Position numbers and translations under genes: made by a program
The notes under the pieces: generated by a model
Databases searched by the model: none
Seen by the model: only the letters and a program-made list of their open reading frames with translations
What the model was told of the DNA's origin: nothing
From: a virus
Direction: 5' to 3' (one strand)
UHGV virus genome: UHGV-0227332
Length of the DNA: 17,123 nucleotides
Shown: positions 8,094-15,668 of the stretch, piece after piece
Numbering within the stretch: position 1 is the first letter of the stretch
Layout: each line of letters begins with the position of its first letter

Positions 8094-8279
8094 TTATGCC
8101 GCTTTGCGGTAAGCGCTTTCTTGATACTTCAGGGCGCCAGCTGTAACGACTTCCAGTCGATAGGCGTCTTTCTCTGGGATGACTTCCTTCCACTGAGAGA
8201 CTGCTGCGTCGCTAATGCCTAACGCTTTAGCTACAGCACGCTGGGTTCCGAAGTGGTCGATAACATCTTTCTTGTACAT
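8094..8279 (-). CDS. cro: Cro repressor (P22 Cro type), 61 aa
   Basis: MYKKDVIDHFGTQRAVAKALGISDAAVSQWKEVIPEKDAYRLE... is near-identical to P22 Cro as I remember it. GGAG RBS; divergent from the repressor gene. Confidence 0.9.
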   Translation of the reverse strand: MYKKDVIDHFGTQRAVAKALGISDAAVSQWKEVIPEKDAYRLEVVTAGALKYQESAYRKAA

Positions 8280-8359
8280 AGACTCGCTCCGAAATTAAAG
8301 AACACTTAAATTATCCACTAAAGGAATCTTAAGTCAAGTTTATTTAAGATGTCTTAACT
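8280..8359. promoter_or_regulatory. OR region: divergent PR/PRM promoters with P22-type operators
   Basis: 18-bp operator-like near-palindromes ATTAAAGAACACTTAAAT (8294-8311) and ATTTAAGATGTCTTAACT (8342-8359). Minus-strand PR candidate: -35 TTGACT (8332-8337) and -10 GATAAT (8310-8315). Confidence 0.7.
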
Positions 8360-9010
8360 ATGAAAACTCAATTGATGGGAGAGCGCATTCGCGCTCGGAG
8401 AAAAGAACTCAAGATCAGGCAGGCCGCACTTGGAAAGATGGTCGGCGTGTCTAATGTTGCCATATCTCAGTGGGAACGCTCTGAGACAGAGCCAAATGGA
8501 GAGAATCTTCTCGCCCTGGCTAATGCGTTGAAGTGTTCCCCTGACTATCTGATGAAAGGAGAGGAAAGTCTTTCAAACATTGCCTATCACAGTAGGCATG
8601 ATCCAAGAGGGTCATACCCTCTGATTAGCTGGGTGAGCGCAGGATGCTGGATGGAAGCTGTAGAACCATATCATAAGCGTGCAATAGATAACTGGTACGA
8701 TACAACCGTAGACTGTTCAGAAGATTCGTTTTGGTTGGACGTGAAGGGAGACTCAATGACGGCTCCGGCCGGTCTCAGTATCCCTGAAGGAATGATAATA
8801 CTCGTCGATCCTGAAGTAGAGCCGCGTAACGGGAAACTGGTAGTTGCAAAGCTCGAAGGAGAAAACGAGGCAACTTTCAAGAAGTTAGTTATTGATGCAG
8901 GCAGGAAGTTTCTAAAACCACTTAACCCACAATATCCGATGATCGAGATCAACGGAAACTGCAAAATCATCGGCGTAGTTGTCGATGCAAAACTAGCAAA
9001 CCTTCCATAA
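8360..9010 (+). CDS. c2: Prophage repressor, P22 C2-like (lambda CI analogue), 216 aa
   Basis: HTH N-terminal domain (QAALGKMVGVSNVAISQWERSE) and S24 peptidase-like C-terminal domain. Highly similar to P22 C2 from memory, same length. Confidence 0.95.
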   Translation: MKTQLMGERIRARRKELKIRQAALGKMVGVSNVAISQWERSETEPNGENLLALANALKCSPDYLMKGEESLSNIAYHSRHDPRGSYPLISWVSAGCWMEAVEPYHKRAIDNWYDTTVDCSEDSFWLDVKGDSMTAPAGLSIPEGMIILVDPEVEPRNGKLVVAKLEGENEATFKKLVIDAGRKFLKPLNPQYPMIEINGNCKIIGVVVDAKLANLP

Positions 9011-9033
9011 GGGGGCATTCGCCCCTTTTTTTT
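9011..9033 (+). terminator. Rho-independent terminator after the repressor gene
   Basis: GGGGC-ATTC-GCCCC hairpin followed by a T8 run, immediately after the repressor stop codon. Confidence 0.6.
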
Positions 9034-9056
9034 ATTTCCTTTAAAAATCAAAGCCA

Positions 9057-9140
9057 AACTTAAGTTACGAAAGAAAATTTAAGTTTTCTTCAAAAATACT
9101 CTTGACCATTAATTAAAGAGATCTTAAATTTAAGCCATCA
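9057..9140 (+). promoter_or_regulatory. OL/PL region: early-left promoter with P22-type operators
   Basis: -35 TTGACC (9104-9109), 17-bp spacer, -10 TAAATT (9127-9132). Operator-like sites ATTAAAGAGATCTTAAAT (9114-9131), ATTTAAGTTTTCTTCAAA (9077-9094) and AACTTAAGTT (near 9057-9066) share half-sites with the OR sites. Confidence 0.6.
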
Positions 9141-9176
9141 GCAGGACGCTGGAAGCCAAACGGAACAGATTGGCAG

Positions 9177-9217
9177 GCTCTTTAACATTGATGGGATTGT
9201 CCCGCCGAAATGCGGGA
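9177..9217 (+). promoter_or_regulatory. nutL-like site: boxA plus boxB hairpin
   Basis: boxA-like GCTCTTTAACA (9177-9187), then TCCCGC-CGAAAT-GCGGGA hairpin (9200-9217), identical to the hairpin at the nutR position. Between PL and the N-like gene. Confidence 0.55.
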
Positions 9218-9324
9218 ACCAAAGAGTAGTTGGCTTTGGGGTGACGTGAAGTGCAGCTGCACGACAGCAACCGGAAGATAAGCACCCGGCGCGTCACCGC
9301 CAAAGTCAATCATCGGAGGTCAAC

Positions 9325-9630
9325 ATGGCAGTAGTCATTACATATCTGGCTGACGATAACGCCAGAAATCGCCGCAGAGCACGCAGACAGGCTCAACGTG
9401 AACAGGCAATGCAAGAACAGCGACTGGCACGAAAAATTGCGCTAAAGCTCTCTGGTTGCGTCAGGGCAGATAAAGCAGCATCACTCGGAAGCCTTCGCTG
9501 CAAGAAGGCAGAAGAAGTCGAGCGTAAACAGAACCGTATTTACTACCGCAAGCCACGCAGTGAAATGGGTGTGACTTGTTCAGGCCGCCAGAAGCAACGC
9601 GGAAAATCAATTCCAGCTTATTACGATTGA
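9325..9630 (+). CDS. N: N-like transcription antiterminator, 101 aa
   Basis: First gene after PL/nutL. N-terminal arginine-rich motif NARNRRRARRQAQREQ. C-terminus GVTCSGRQKQRGKSIPAYY resembles the lambda N C-terminus. GGAGG RBS. Confidence 0.75.
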   Translation: MAVVITYLADDNARNRRRARRQAQREQAMQEQRLARKIALKLSGCVRADKAASLGSLRCKKAEEVERKQNRIYYRKPRSEMGVTCSGRQKQRGKSIPAYYD

Positions 9631-9638
9631 GGTGAGCC

Positions 9639-9776
9639 ATGCTCAAGAAAGTCAAACGCCGACTTTACAAAGAAGGTAGATATTCATGCCAGTTGCCAAA
9701 ATGCGACACAACAAAATGGAGTGTCGATGATTGGTGTAACTGGATAGATAGATACGGAACTTGGTGGGATAAATAA
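9639..9776 (+). CDS. Possible small Cys/Trp-rich protein, 45 aa
   Basis: ATG 5 nt after a GGTGA RBS, starting 9 nt after the N stop. Translation MLKKVKRRLYKEGRYSCQLPKCDTTKWSVDDWCNWIDRYGTWWDK. Short, so uncertain. Confidence 0.3.
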   Translation: MLKKVKRRLYKEGRYSCQLPKCDTTKWSVDDWCNWIDRYGTWWDK

Positions 9777-9905
9777 CAGGTAACTTAAGCGGATTTATTT
9801 TCGCAGCAAACCACTTATTTGAGAATACAAGCAAAGCTGGAATGACCATTATCCTGATGAAGTATCGAAAGCACAGTCAGCAATTAGCAAAGCTCTTGGG
9901 GAAGA

Positions 9906-10067
9906 ATGATGAATAAGAAATACATTGTTGAAGTTATAGAGCGAGAAACGAAAGAAGTAATTAAACATTTCGAATTTGATAATTATAGAAAAGCTGACCG
10001 CGTAGAAGAGGGATTGTTGCGACAAAGTAATCTCGAAAAATTTGATGTTGTCATGCGATGCGAATAA
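9906..10067 (+). CDS. Possible small protein, 53 aa
   Basis: ATGATG start after a GGGGAAG purine-rich stretch. Translation MMNKKYIVEVIERETKEVIKHFEFDNYRKADRVEEGLLRQSNLEKFDVVMRCE. No family recognised. Confidence 0.4.
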   Translation: MMNKKYIVEVIERETKEVIKHFEFDNYRKADRVEEGLLRQSNLEKFDVVMRCE

Positions 10068-10160
10068 GCACCTATAGCAGATTTGCGAGTCTGCTATGTG
10101 AGCAATGTCGCTCGTAACTAAACAGGAGCCGACTTGTTCTGATTATTGGAAATCTTCTTT

Positions 10161-10187
10161 GCCCTCCAGTGTGAGGGCAATTTTTTT
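10161..10187 (+). terminator. Intrinsic terminator inside the PL operon (tL1-like)
   Basis: GCCCTC-CAGTGT-GAGGGC hairpin followed by AATTTTTTT, immediately upstream of the RBS of the next gene. Confidence 0.55.
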
Positions 10188-10199
10188 GACGGAGGATAT

Positions 10200-11168
10200 A
10201 TGAGTGAAGTAACAGATTTAGTTGTTATTGAAAAAGCAAATGCAATGACTGTATTTCAGTCTGCCGACCAGATTGAAGAAATCCTTCAAAAGGTTGAACG
10301 TGAAGTTATGTCCTTTGTGCCTGATATCACAACGGCAAAGGGCAGAAAGGAGATCGCTTCTCTGGCGTATAAAGTTGCGCAGACGAAAACATATCTCGAT
10401 GGTCTTGGAAAAGACCTTGTTGCTGAACTGAAGGAAATTCCAAAGCTAATTGATGCCAACCGCAAGACAGTGCGTGATCGCCTTGATGAGCTGAAATCCA
10501 AGGCACGCCAGCCTCTTACTGATTATGAGGAGGAACAGGCACGGATTAAAGCCGAAGAAGAAGCTAAGGCAGCAGCTGAAGCTCTCGCAAAGCAAATTGA
10601 GTCTGACCATGAAATAGCTATTTTGATGGATCGCGAATTTGACCGCCAAAGAGAAGAGGCAAGACTCAAAGCGGAGCAGGAAAAGCGAGAGCATGAAGAA
10701 CGCTTAAAAAGAGAAGCTGAAGAGAAAGCCAGAGCAGAAGCCGAAGCAAAGGCAAAAGCCGAAATTGAAGCAGCAGCAAGGCGAGAAGCAGAAGCTAAGG
10801 CCGCAGCGGAACGTGCAGAGCGTGAACGCATTGAAGCCGAGCAACGAGCACAGCGCGAAGCAAAAGAGGCAGCAGAACGAGCTGAAAGAGAAAAGCAGGC
10901 GGCAATTGAAGCAGAACGCCGAAAAGCACAGGAGGAGGATGAACGAATCCGGCGCGAGGCTGAAGCAAAAGAGCAAGCCAGAATAGCAGAAGAAAAAAGA
11001 ATCAAGGACGAAGAAGAGCGTAGAGCAAAGGATAAAGCTCACCGGAAAGAAGTAAATAACAAAATACTTGCTGACCTTATCAAGGTTGGCGCATCAGAAG
11101 ATGTTGCTAAAAATATCATAACAGCCATCGTAAAAGGCAAAGTATTCGCAACAAAAATAACCTACTAA
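10200..11168 (+). CDS. Hypothetical protein with long Glu/Ala/Lys/Arg-rich coiled-coil region, 322 aa
   Basis: ATG 5 nt after GGAGG. A globular N-terminal segment of about 110 aa, then roughly 170 aa of EAKA/ERAE-type heptad-like repeats, then a short hydrophobic C-terminus. The ORF-track start at 10146 lies inside the terminator. Confidence 0.7.
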   Translation: MSEVTDLVVIEKANAMTVFQSADQIEEILQKVEREVMSFVPDITTAKGRKEIASLAYKVAQTKTYLDGLGKDLVAELKEIPKLIDANRKTVRDRLDELKSKARQPLTDYEEEQARIKAEEEAKAAAEALAKQIESDHEIAILMDREFDRQREEARLKAEQEKREHEERLKREAEEKARAEAEAKAKAEIEAAARREAEAKAAAERAERERIEAEQRAQREAKEAAERAEREKQAAIEAERRKAQEEDERIRREAEAKEQARIAEEKRIKDEEERRAKDKAHRKEVNNKILADLIKVGASEDVAKNIITAIVKGKVFATKITY

Positions 11169-11192
11169 TAAAACCAACATAAGGAACCACCC

Positions 11193-11324
11193 ATGATTTA
11201 CGCAATCGCGGGAGGCGCTCGCATGGGTGCCTTCCAACTAAATGAATCTTTACTTGAACGAATCACCCGTAAATTACGTGACGGATGGAAAAGAGTTGAG
11301 GTCTTATTATGCGCAATGAAATAG
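11193..11324 (+). CDS. cIII: CIII-like FtsH inhibitor, 43 aa
   Basis: MIYAIAGGARMGAFQLNESLLERITRKLRDGWKR resembles lambda CIII (MQYAIAG...ESLLERITRKLRDGWKR) from memory. AAGGA RBS. Confidence 0.75.
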   Translation: MIYAIAGGARMGAFQLNESLLERITRKLRDGWKRVEVLLCAMK

Positions 11325-11461
11325 CCGTCAATCACCAGATGCTTCGTGCTGCACAGAACAAAGCAGTAATAGCCAGATTTATTGGTGATTCCAAAATGTG
11401 GCTTGAAGCAAATAAAGCGATGAAATCAGCTATCAACCTTCCGTGGTATCGCAGGAAATGA
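11309..11461 (+). CDS. kil: Kil-like small protein, 50 aa
   Basis: ATG after GAGG, overlapping the cIII end. The IARFIGDSKMWLEANKAMK segment resembles the lambda Kil FIGDEKM region as I remember it. Position right after cIII is as in lambda. Confidence 0.5.
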   Translation: MRNEIAVNHQMLRAAQNKAVIARFIGDSKMWLEANKAMKSAINLPWYRRK

Positions 11462-11542
11462 GTTTTACAGATAACTGGTCAGACGAAGAATTCATTCGTC
11501 AGATGAACAAAATGCTCAATCAGCACAAAGAACAGGAGAAAG

Positions 11543-11854
11543 ATGATGATTCTGACTCTGAATGATAAGCGTGAAATATCGCAAATAATCGCAAGTTTTA
11601 CTGATGAAGATTACGAGCGAATCAACAGTGAAGTTGATCGTCTCTGCAAACGTTGCGACCCAATAAGCGAAATGCTTCGCTCATATAAACCAGATGAACA
11701 CACTAAGGACGCTATCGACTGGCTGGAAGATGATGACTGTAACTATCAGGAAAAAGCCGCTGAATGGTTCTGGGATGCAATAACCGAAAGAGTTAAGGCT
11801 GAATATGCCTTCGCAATATTCAAACGCAGACACATTTATGGAGAAGCAGCATGA
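11543..11854 (+). CDS. Hypothetical acidic protein, 103 aa, upstream of recT
   Basis: ATGATG start 5 nt after AGGAG. Acidic, Trp-rich C-terminal half (DWLEDDDCNYQEKAAEWFWDAITER). Its stop overlaps the recT start (ATGA). Confidence 0.6.
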   Translation: MMILTLNDKREISQIIASFTDEDYERINSEVDRLCKRCDPISEMLRSYKPDEHTKDAIDWLEDDDCNYQEKAAEWFWDAITERVKAEYAFAIFKRRHIYGEAA

Positions 11855-12753
11855 GCAATATCGTTGAATTCGTTAAACAGCAGGAGCAGTTATTCTGCGG
11901 AGCATTGACTGAACAGACGGTGACATGGGCTAAGGAAAGCCAGTTTGCAATTCAGTATTTCCAGAAAAATGATTACCTGGCTAAAACGGCACTGGCAAAT
12001 CCAACCAGTGCACAGAACGCCATCATCAATGTTGCGGCGATCGGCATCACCTTAAACCCGGCCAGCAAACTGGCTTATCTGGTTCCGCGCGACGGCATGG
12101 TTTGCCTTGATATCAGCTATATGGGATTACTTCATCTTGCGCAATCGACAGGCTCAATTAAGTGGGGGCAATGCAAACTGGTGTACTCAAACGACACCTA
12201 TGAATCAAATGGCCTTGATTCAGCACCAACTCACAAATACAACGCATTTGGAGAGCGAGGCTCTATTGTTGGTGGTTATTGCACGGTAAAAACAGCAGAT
12301 GGTGACTACCTGACTGAAGAAATGAGTCTGGCAGAAATTAAAGCAGTGGAAGCAACGAGCAAGGCAAAGAATGGACCGTGGAAAACATTCTGGGAAGAGA
12401 TGGCGCGTAAAACAATAGTTAAACGCGCCAGCAAATACTGGCCTAAAGCCCAGCGACTGGATAATGCCATTCACCTGCTTAACGAAGATGAAGGTATGCA
12501 TCAGGAACCAGTTATGCCGCACAAATCAGAGGAAGATATCCGCGAAGATGAACGGAAACGCCAGCAGGAAATAATGGATAAAGCACAACTTCTTTGCGAT
12601 GAAATGGCTCAGGCAGAAAACATGGATGATTTGAAGCGATATTTTGCAGAAGCATATCGCCTGACATCTGGAATGAAATTGCAGCAGAACGTACAAGCCA
12701 TTTACATAGAATGCAAAGCGAAACTGGAGGTTGCCAGTGAGCAAACTGTATGA
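11851..12753 (+). CDS. recT: RecT-family single-strand annealing recombinase, 300 aa
   Basis: GPWKTFWEEMARKTIVKRASKYWP closely parallels E. coli RecT (GPWVTHWEEMAKKTAIRRLFKYLP). Length and position fit a recombination module. Confidence 0.9.
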   Translation: MSNIVEFVKQQEQLFCGALTEQTVTWAKESQFAIQYFQKNDYLAKTALANPTSAQNAIINVAAIGITLNPASKLAYLVPRDGMVCLDISYMGLLHLAQSTGSIKWGQCKLVYSNDTYESNGLDSAPTHKYNAFGERGSIVGGYCTVKTADGDYLTEEMSLAEIKAVEATSKAKNGPWKTFWEEMARKTIVKRASKYWPKAQRLDNAIHLLNEDEGMHQEPVMPHKSEEDIREDERKRQQEIMDKAQLLCDEMAQAENMDDLKRYFAEAYRLTSGMKLQQNVQAIYIECKAKLEVASEQTV

Positions 12754-13219
12754 AATAGCCAATGAATACGCAAAGCTGATGGATTCAGATTTAGAGCCAG
12801 AGATGATTGCTGACACAATAGAAGGCATGGAAGGAGAATTTACCGATAAAATAGAGCAACTTCTTGCCATTATTAAAAATGAATCTGGTTATGCTGAACG
12901 CCTCAAGGACGAGGCAAAGTCACTGAATGAACGAGCAGCAGTAATTCAAAATAAGATTGATAGCATTATGGCATATATAGCCTCATCGCTTGAAATGGTT
13001 GGCAAGAAAAAGATTAGAGCAGGTATTCACCAGGTAACAATCCGCAAACCGTCAGAAACTGTAGAAATCATCGACTCAAGCGCCCTTCCTCCTGAATACG
13101 TTGAGTTTGAAACGACAATTAAAGCCGACAAGTTGGCAATCAAGCACCAACTAAAAGCAGGAATAAATATCCCAGGCGCTCAACTCAAGGTTGGGAAACC
13201 TTCACTTCTTATCAAATAA
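12737..13219 (+). CDS. Gp157-like protein, partner of RecT, 160 aa (GTG start; alternatives TTG 12731 or ATG 12779)
   Basis: GTG 7 nt after GGAGG. N-terminal motif KLYEIANEYAKLMD...LEPEMI is, from memory, typical of the siphovirus Gp157 family found beside RecT/Erf genes. Overlaps the recT end. Confidence 0.55.
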   Translation: MSKLYEIANEYAKLMDSDLEPEMIADTIEGMEGEFTDKIEQLLAIIKNESGYAERLKDEAKSLNERAAVIQNKIDSIMAYIASSLEMVGKKKIRAGIHQVTIRKPSETVEIIDSSALPPEYVEFETTIKADKLAIKHQLKAGINIPGAQLKVGKPSLLIK

Positions 13220-13230
13220 CGGTATCGACT

Positions 13231-13545
13231 ATGAAAAAGACTCCATGGGAGAAATGGGAAGTCGATTTCTTGCGCGAAGTGGCGGCGACAATGCCAGTTG
13301 AAGTTATCGCTGAAAAACTGGAAAGGACTGAAAAAGCAGTTATGGCGAAAGCAACAAGGATTGGCGCTGACATTGTTAGCCGACTTCGTGGAAGACGCTG
13401 GACAAGAGCCGAAGTATCACTTTTCGGTAAGTTCTCCGCAGAAGAAATAGCAATTGCAACCTGCCGCTCAATTTATTCAGTAAGAGCTATGCGATACAAG
13501 CTAAAAAAACTCGATGAAGAAAGAGCAGGCATACGAATAAATTAA
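13231..13545 (+). CDS. Hypothetical protein with internal tandem duplication, 104 aa
   Basis: Two repeats of about 40 aa (PWEKWEVDFLREVAATMPVEVIAEKLERTEKAVMAKATRIG and RWTRAEVSLFGKFSAEEIAIATCRSIYSVRAMRYKL). Possible helix-turn-helix-like modules. Confidence 0.55.
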   Translation: MKKTPWEKWEVDFLREVAATMPVEVIAEKLERTEKAVMAKATRIGADIVSRLRGRRWTRAEVSLFGKFSAEEIAIATCRSIYSVRAMRYKLKKLDEERAGIRIN

Positions 13546-13561
13546 CATGGAGTAATTAACA

Positions 13562-13843
13562 ATGAAGCTAAACATCGACCTCGGAAAATACGTTATTACC
13601 GGAACCAAACACGATCTGATTCTTAGCGAAAGAGGAATTATCAAAGAAGGCGAGAATGCAGGGAAAGAAACACTAAGCCGTATCGGTTATTACAGCAAGT
13701 TTGAGCATCTGGTTAAAGAATTATGCAACCGTGAAATCCTGTTATCTCAGGCGCAGACGCTACAGGATATTCAGCAGCATATCGAGACTTTAGGTGTGTC
13801 ACTTAGCATGGCTATTGACCAGTTCGTGGAGAGTAAATCATGA
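13562..13843 (+). CDS. Hypothetical protein, 93 aa
   Basis: ATG after GGAG; open frame; its stop overlaps the next start (ATGA). Confidence 0.55.
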   Translation: MKLNIDLGKYVITGTKHDLILSERGIIKEGENAGKETLSRIGYYSKFEHLVKELCNREILLSQAQTLQDIQQHIETLGVSLSMAIDQFVESKS

Positions 13844-14004
13844 GAGGACTTGCATACAACCCCGGCATTCTTCCGGCAGAAATGATTATTCGCCAACGCG
13901 TAAAGCTAATGCCATCGAGAGAAGAATTGCTTAAGAGAAATTCTTTTCCATCAGTGAATCAAAACAAATATCTGAATGCGATGTGGCGGAGTGGGAAGAA
14001 ATGA
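13840..14004 (+). CDS. Possible small protein, 54 aa
   Basis: ATGA-coupled at both ends (13840 and 14001-14004). Translation [54 protein letters not shown]. Confidence 0.35.
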   Translation: MRGLAYNPGILPAEMIIRQRVKLMPSREELLKRNSFPSVNQNKYLNAMWRSGKK

Positions 14005-14432
14005 AACAAATGTCACTAATTGAGATGGATGGATTTCTGAAAGGTAAATGCATCCCACGAGATTTAAAGGTTAACGAAACAAACGCTGAATATCTGGTGC
14101 GTAAATTTGCTGAAGCGGAGGCCAAGTACGCGGCGCTGGCAGCGGAGAATGCGGGGCTAAAGGCGATATGTGATGACCGTCGCAGGTTCATCATGAATGG
14201 GGTGCAGATGGGTTATATCAAGGTGCCAGCAGCGGAAACAGATCCAGACCTTGAGACAATTCGCATTGCTATATCACCACAAAAGCCCATTCCAGCCACC
14301 GATGCTTTCCTGGCTGAAGTACGGGCGCAGGGGGTAGAGATGATGCGCGAACATCCATCAATCAAACTTTGCTCTTTGACGCACATATGTGACGAGTTAG
14401 CCGCCCAGCTTCGCAAAGGAGGCAACCAGTGA
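14001..14432 (+). CDS. Hypothetical protein, 143 aa (start taken at the ATGA-coupled ATG rather than the ORF-track GTG at 13983)
   Basis: Open frame with coupled start. Its stop overlaps the GTG start of the following Ea22-like gene. Confidence 0.55.
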   Translation: MKQMSLIEMDGFLKGKCIPRDLKVNETNAEYLVRKFAEAEAKYAALAAENAGLKAICDDRRRFIMNGVQMGYIKVPAAETDPDLETIRIAISPQKPIPATDAFLAEVRAQGVEMMREHPSIKLCSLTHICDELAAQLRKGGNQ

Positions 14433-15103
14433 GCAAAATTGACTATCAGGCACTGCGTGAGGCGGCACAGAACGCGAAAGATTTAGGTGGGATTAAGAAT
14501 TACAAGCGAGGCGAGCAAGCTGTTGCCGAATTTGAGTCCTTGATAACGCCACACATTGTGCTGGCGCTTCTGGATGAACGGGAAAGAAACCAGCAATACA
14601 TCAAACGCCGCGACCAGGAGAACGAGGAAATTGCGCTAACGGTAGGGAAGCTGCGTGTTGAGCTGGAAGCAGCAAAAAAGCGCATAGCAGAACTGGAAGC
14701 CGAACCTGTAAGCCAAGCTTACAACTTGGCAGAATTAATCGAAGGCATGGAAGTTTCCATTGATGTAAGCACTTGTGATGCTGATTTAGGTAATCGCTAT
14801 TTCGGCACCGTCACCGAGGCGTTAGAACTTGATACTGCCAAGAATGGTCACATCCTCCTGGTTCAGGACGCAGAGCCAAACTTCGATGTAAATGGCAACT
14901 CTCCGGTAACTCCGGATGCCTGGATAAGCTGTAGTGAGCGAATGCCGAACGACGCGCAGTGGTGCGTAGTTGACGCCGAAGGCGGGTATTACGTGCAATG
15001 CTGGTCTGAAGGTCAAGGATGGCTTGGAGATGACATCAGCCTACGTGATTGCGATGTAATCAGATGGATGCCGCTACCAGAGCCGCCGCAGGAGATGAAG
15101 TGA
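14429..15103 (+). CDS. Ead/Ea22-like protein with C-terminal DUF551-like domain, 224 aa
   Basis: GTG 6 nt after AGGAGG. N-terminus [14 protein letters not shown]... and C-terminal W..C.ERMP...W.........W..IRWMPLPEPP pattern, which I recall as the DUF551 signature of lambdoid Ea22-like proteins. Confidence 0.7.
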   Translation: MSKIDYQALREAAQNAKDLGGIKNYKRGEQAVAEFESLITPHIVLALLDERERNQQYIKRRDQENEEIALTVGKLRVELEAAKKRIAELEAEPVSQAYNLAELIEGMEVSIDVSTCDADLGNRYFGTVTEALELDTAKNGHILLVQDAEPNFDVNGNSPVTPDAWISCSERMPNDAQWCVVDAEGGYYVQCWSEGQGWLGDDISLRDCDVIRWMPLPEPPQEMK

Positions 15104-15387
15104 TGGACTCCTTCGCGAAATATACGATTATTGACTGGATGGCATCCCTTCAGGTTTTGCTCATCTGGTTTTATATGGCTTACAGGAGTGGACAGTGGAT
15201 TGTCAGTGTAGCATGTGGCAAGGGATGGCGTTGGTGGAACCGAAAGAATAAAAAAGCACTAGCCTTGGATTCGTTTTACGAAGCATTCAATCTTAACAGC
15301 CTTCAGCCTGGTTCTGTCATTGTAGTCACCACTCAAAGCGGCATGACGATACAAATTCACAAGCCAAAGGAGGAAGGTCGTGGCTAA
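15103..15387 (+). CDS. Hypothetical protein with one hydrophobic segment, 94 aa
   Basis: ATG overlapping the upstream stop (TGATG). Hydrophobic stretch LQVLLIWFYMAY. Start chosen over the ORF-track start at 15049, which lies inside the upstream gene. Confidence 0.5.
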   Translation: MDSFAKYTIIDWMASLQVLLIWFYMAYRSGQWIVSVACGKGWRWWNRKNKKALALDSFYEAFNLNSLQPGSVIVVTTQSGMTIQIHKPKEEGRG

Positions 15388-15664
15388 CCTGCAACTTGCC
15401 GTCAAAGGTGAATACTTCGATGCAATGATTCGCGGAGAGAAAACGGAAGAGTATCGCTTGTGTAATGACTACTGGAATAAGCGAATTATGTTCCGGGAGT
15501 ATGACCGCCTGATTATCACAAAGGGATATCCGAAGCGCGACGATTCCAGCCGTAGAATTGATGTTCCGTATGACGGATATGAAATCAAGACAATCACACA
15601 TCCGCACTTCGGCGATAAACCGGTTAAGGTATACGCGATAAAGGTAAATATCGGCACTGAATAA
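15380..15664 (+). CDS. ASCH-domain-like protein, 94 aa
   Basis: GTG start after AAGGAGG. N-terminal LQLAVKGEYFDAMIRGEKTEEYR fits the ASCH/PUA-like motif (GxKxxExR). Assignment is by motif only. Confidence 0.6.
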   Translation: MANLQLAVKGEYFDAMIRGEKTEEYRLCNDYWNKRIMFREYDRLIITKGYPKRDDSSRRIDVPYDGYEIKTITHPHFGDKPVKVYAIKVNIGTE

Positions 15665-15668
15665 CAAT

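Noticed and set aside
9461-9849. Two minus-strand ORFs (64 and 65 aa) opposite the N gene and the region after it, considered as a possible sieB-like exclusion gene
   Set aside because: Weak or absent RBS, odd composition, far shorter than lambda SieB, and one overlaps the N coding region. Not supportable from sequence alone.
10074-10097. Inverted repeat ATAGCAGA-TTTGCGAG-TCTGCTAT after the 53-aa ORF
   Set aside because: Stem-loop without a U-tract; it could be an RNA processing site or protein-binding site, but there is no specific evidence. Noted only.
10286-11042. Several long minus-strand and alternative-frame ORFs (up to 160 aa, Ser/Ala/Cys/Phe-rich) inside the coiled-coil gene
   Set aside because: These are by-products of the low-complexity GAAGC/AAGGC repeat that encodes the E/A/K/R coiled coil; the translations are repeat-frame artefacts.
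12220-12870. Minus-strand ORFs of 100 and 114 aa opposite recT and the Gp157-like gene
   Set aside because: Antisense to a confidently identified recT; no RBS; compositionally atypical.
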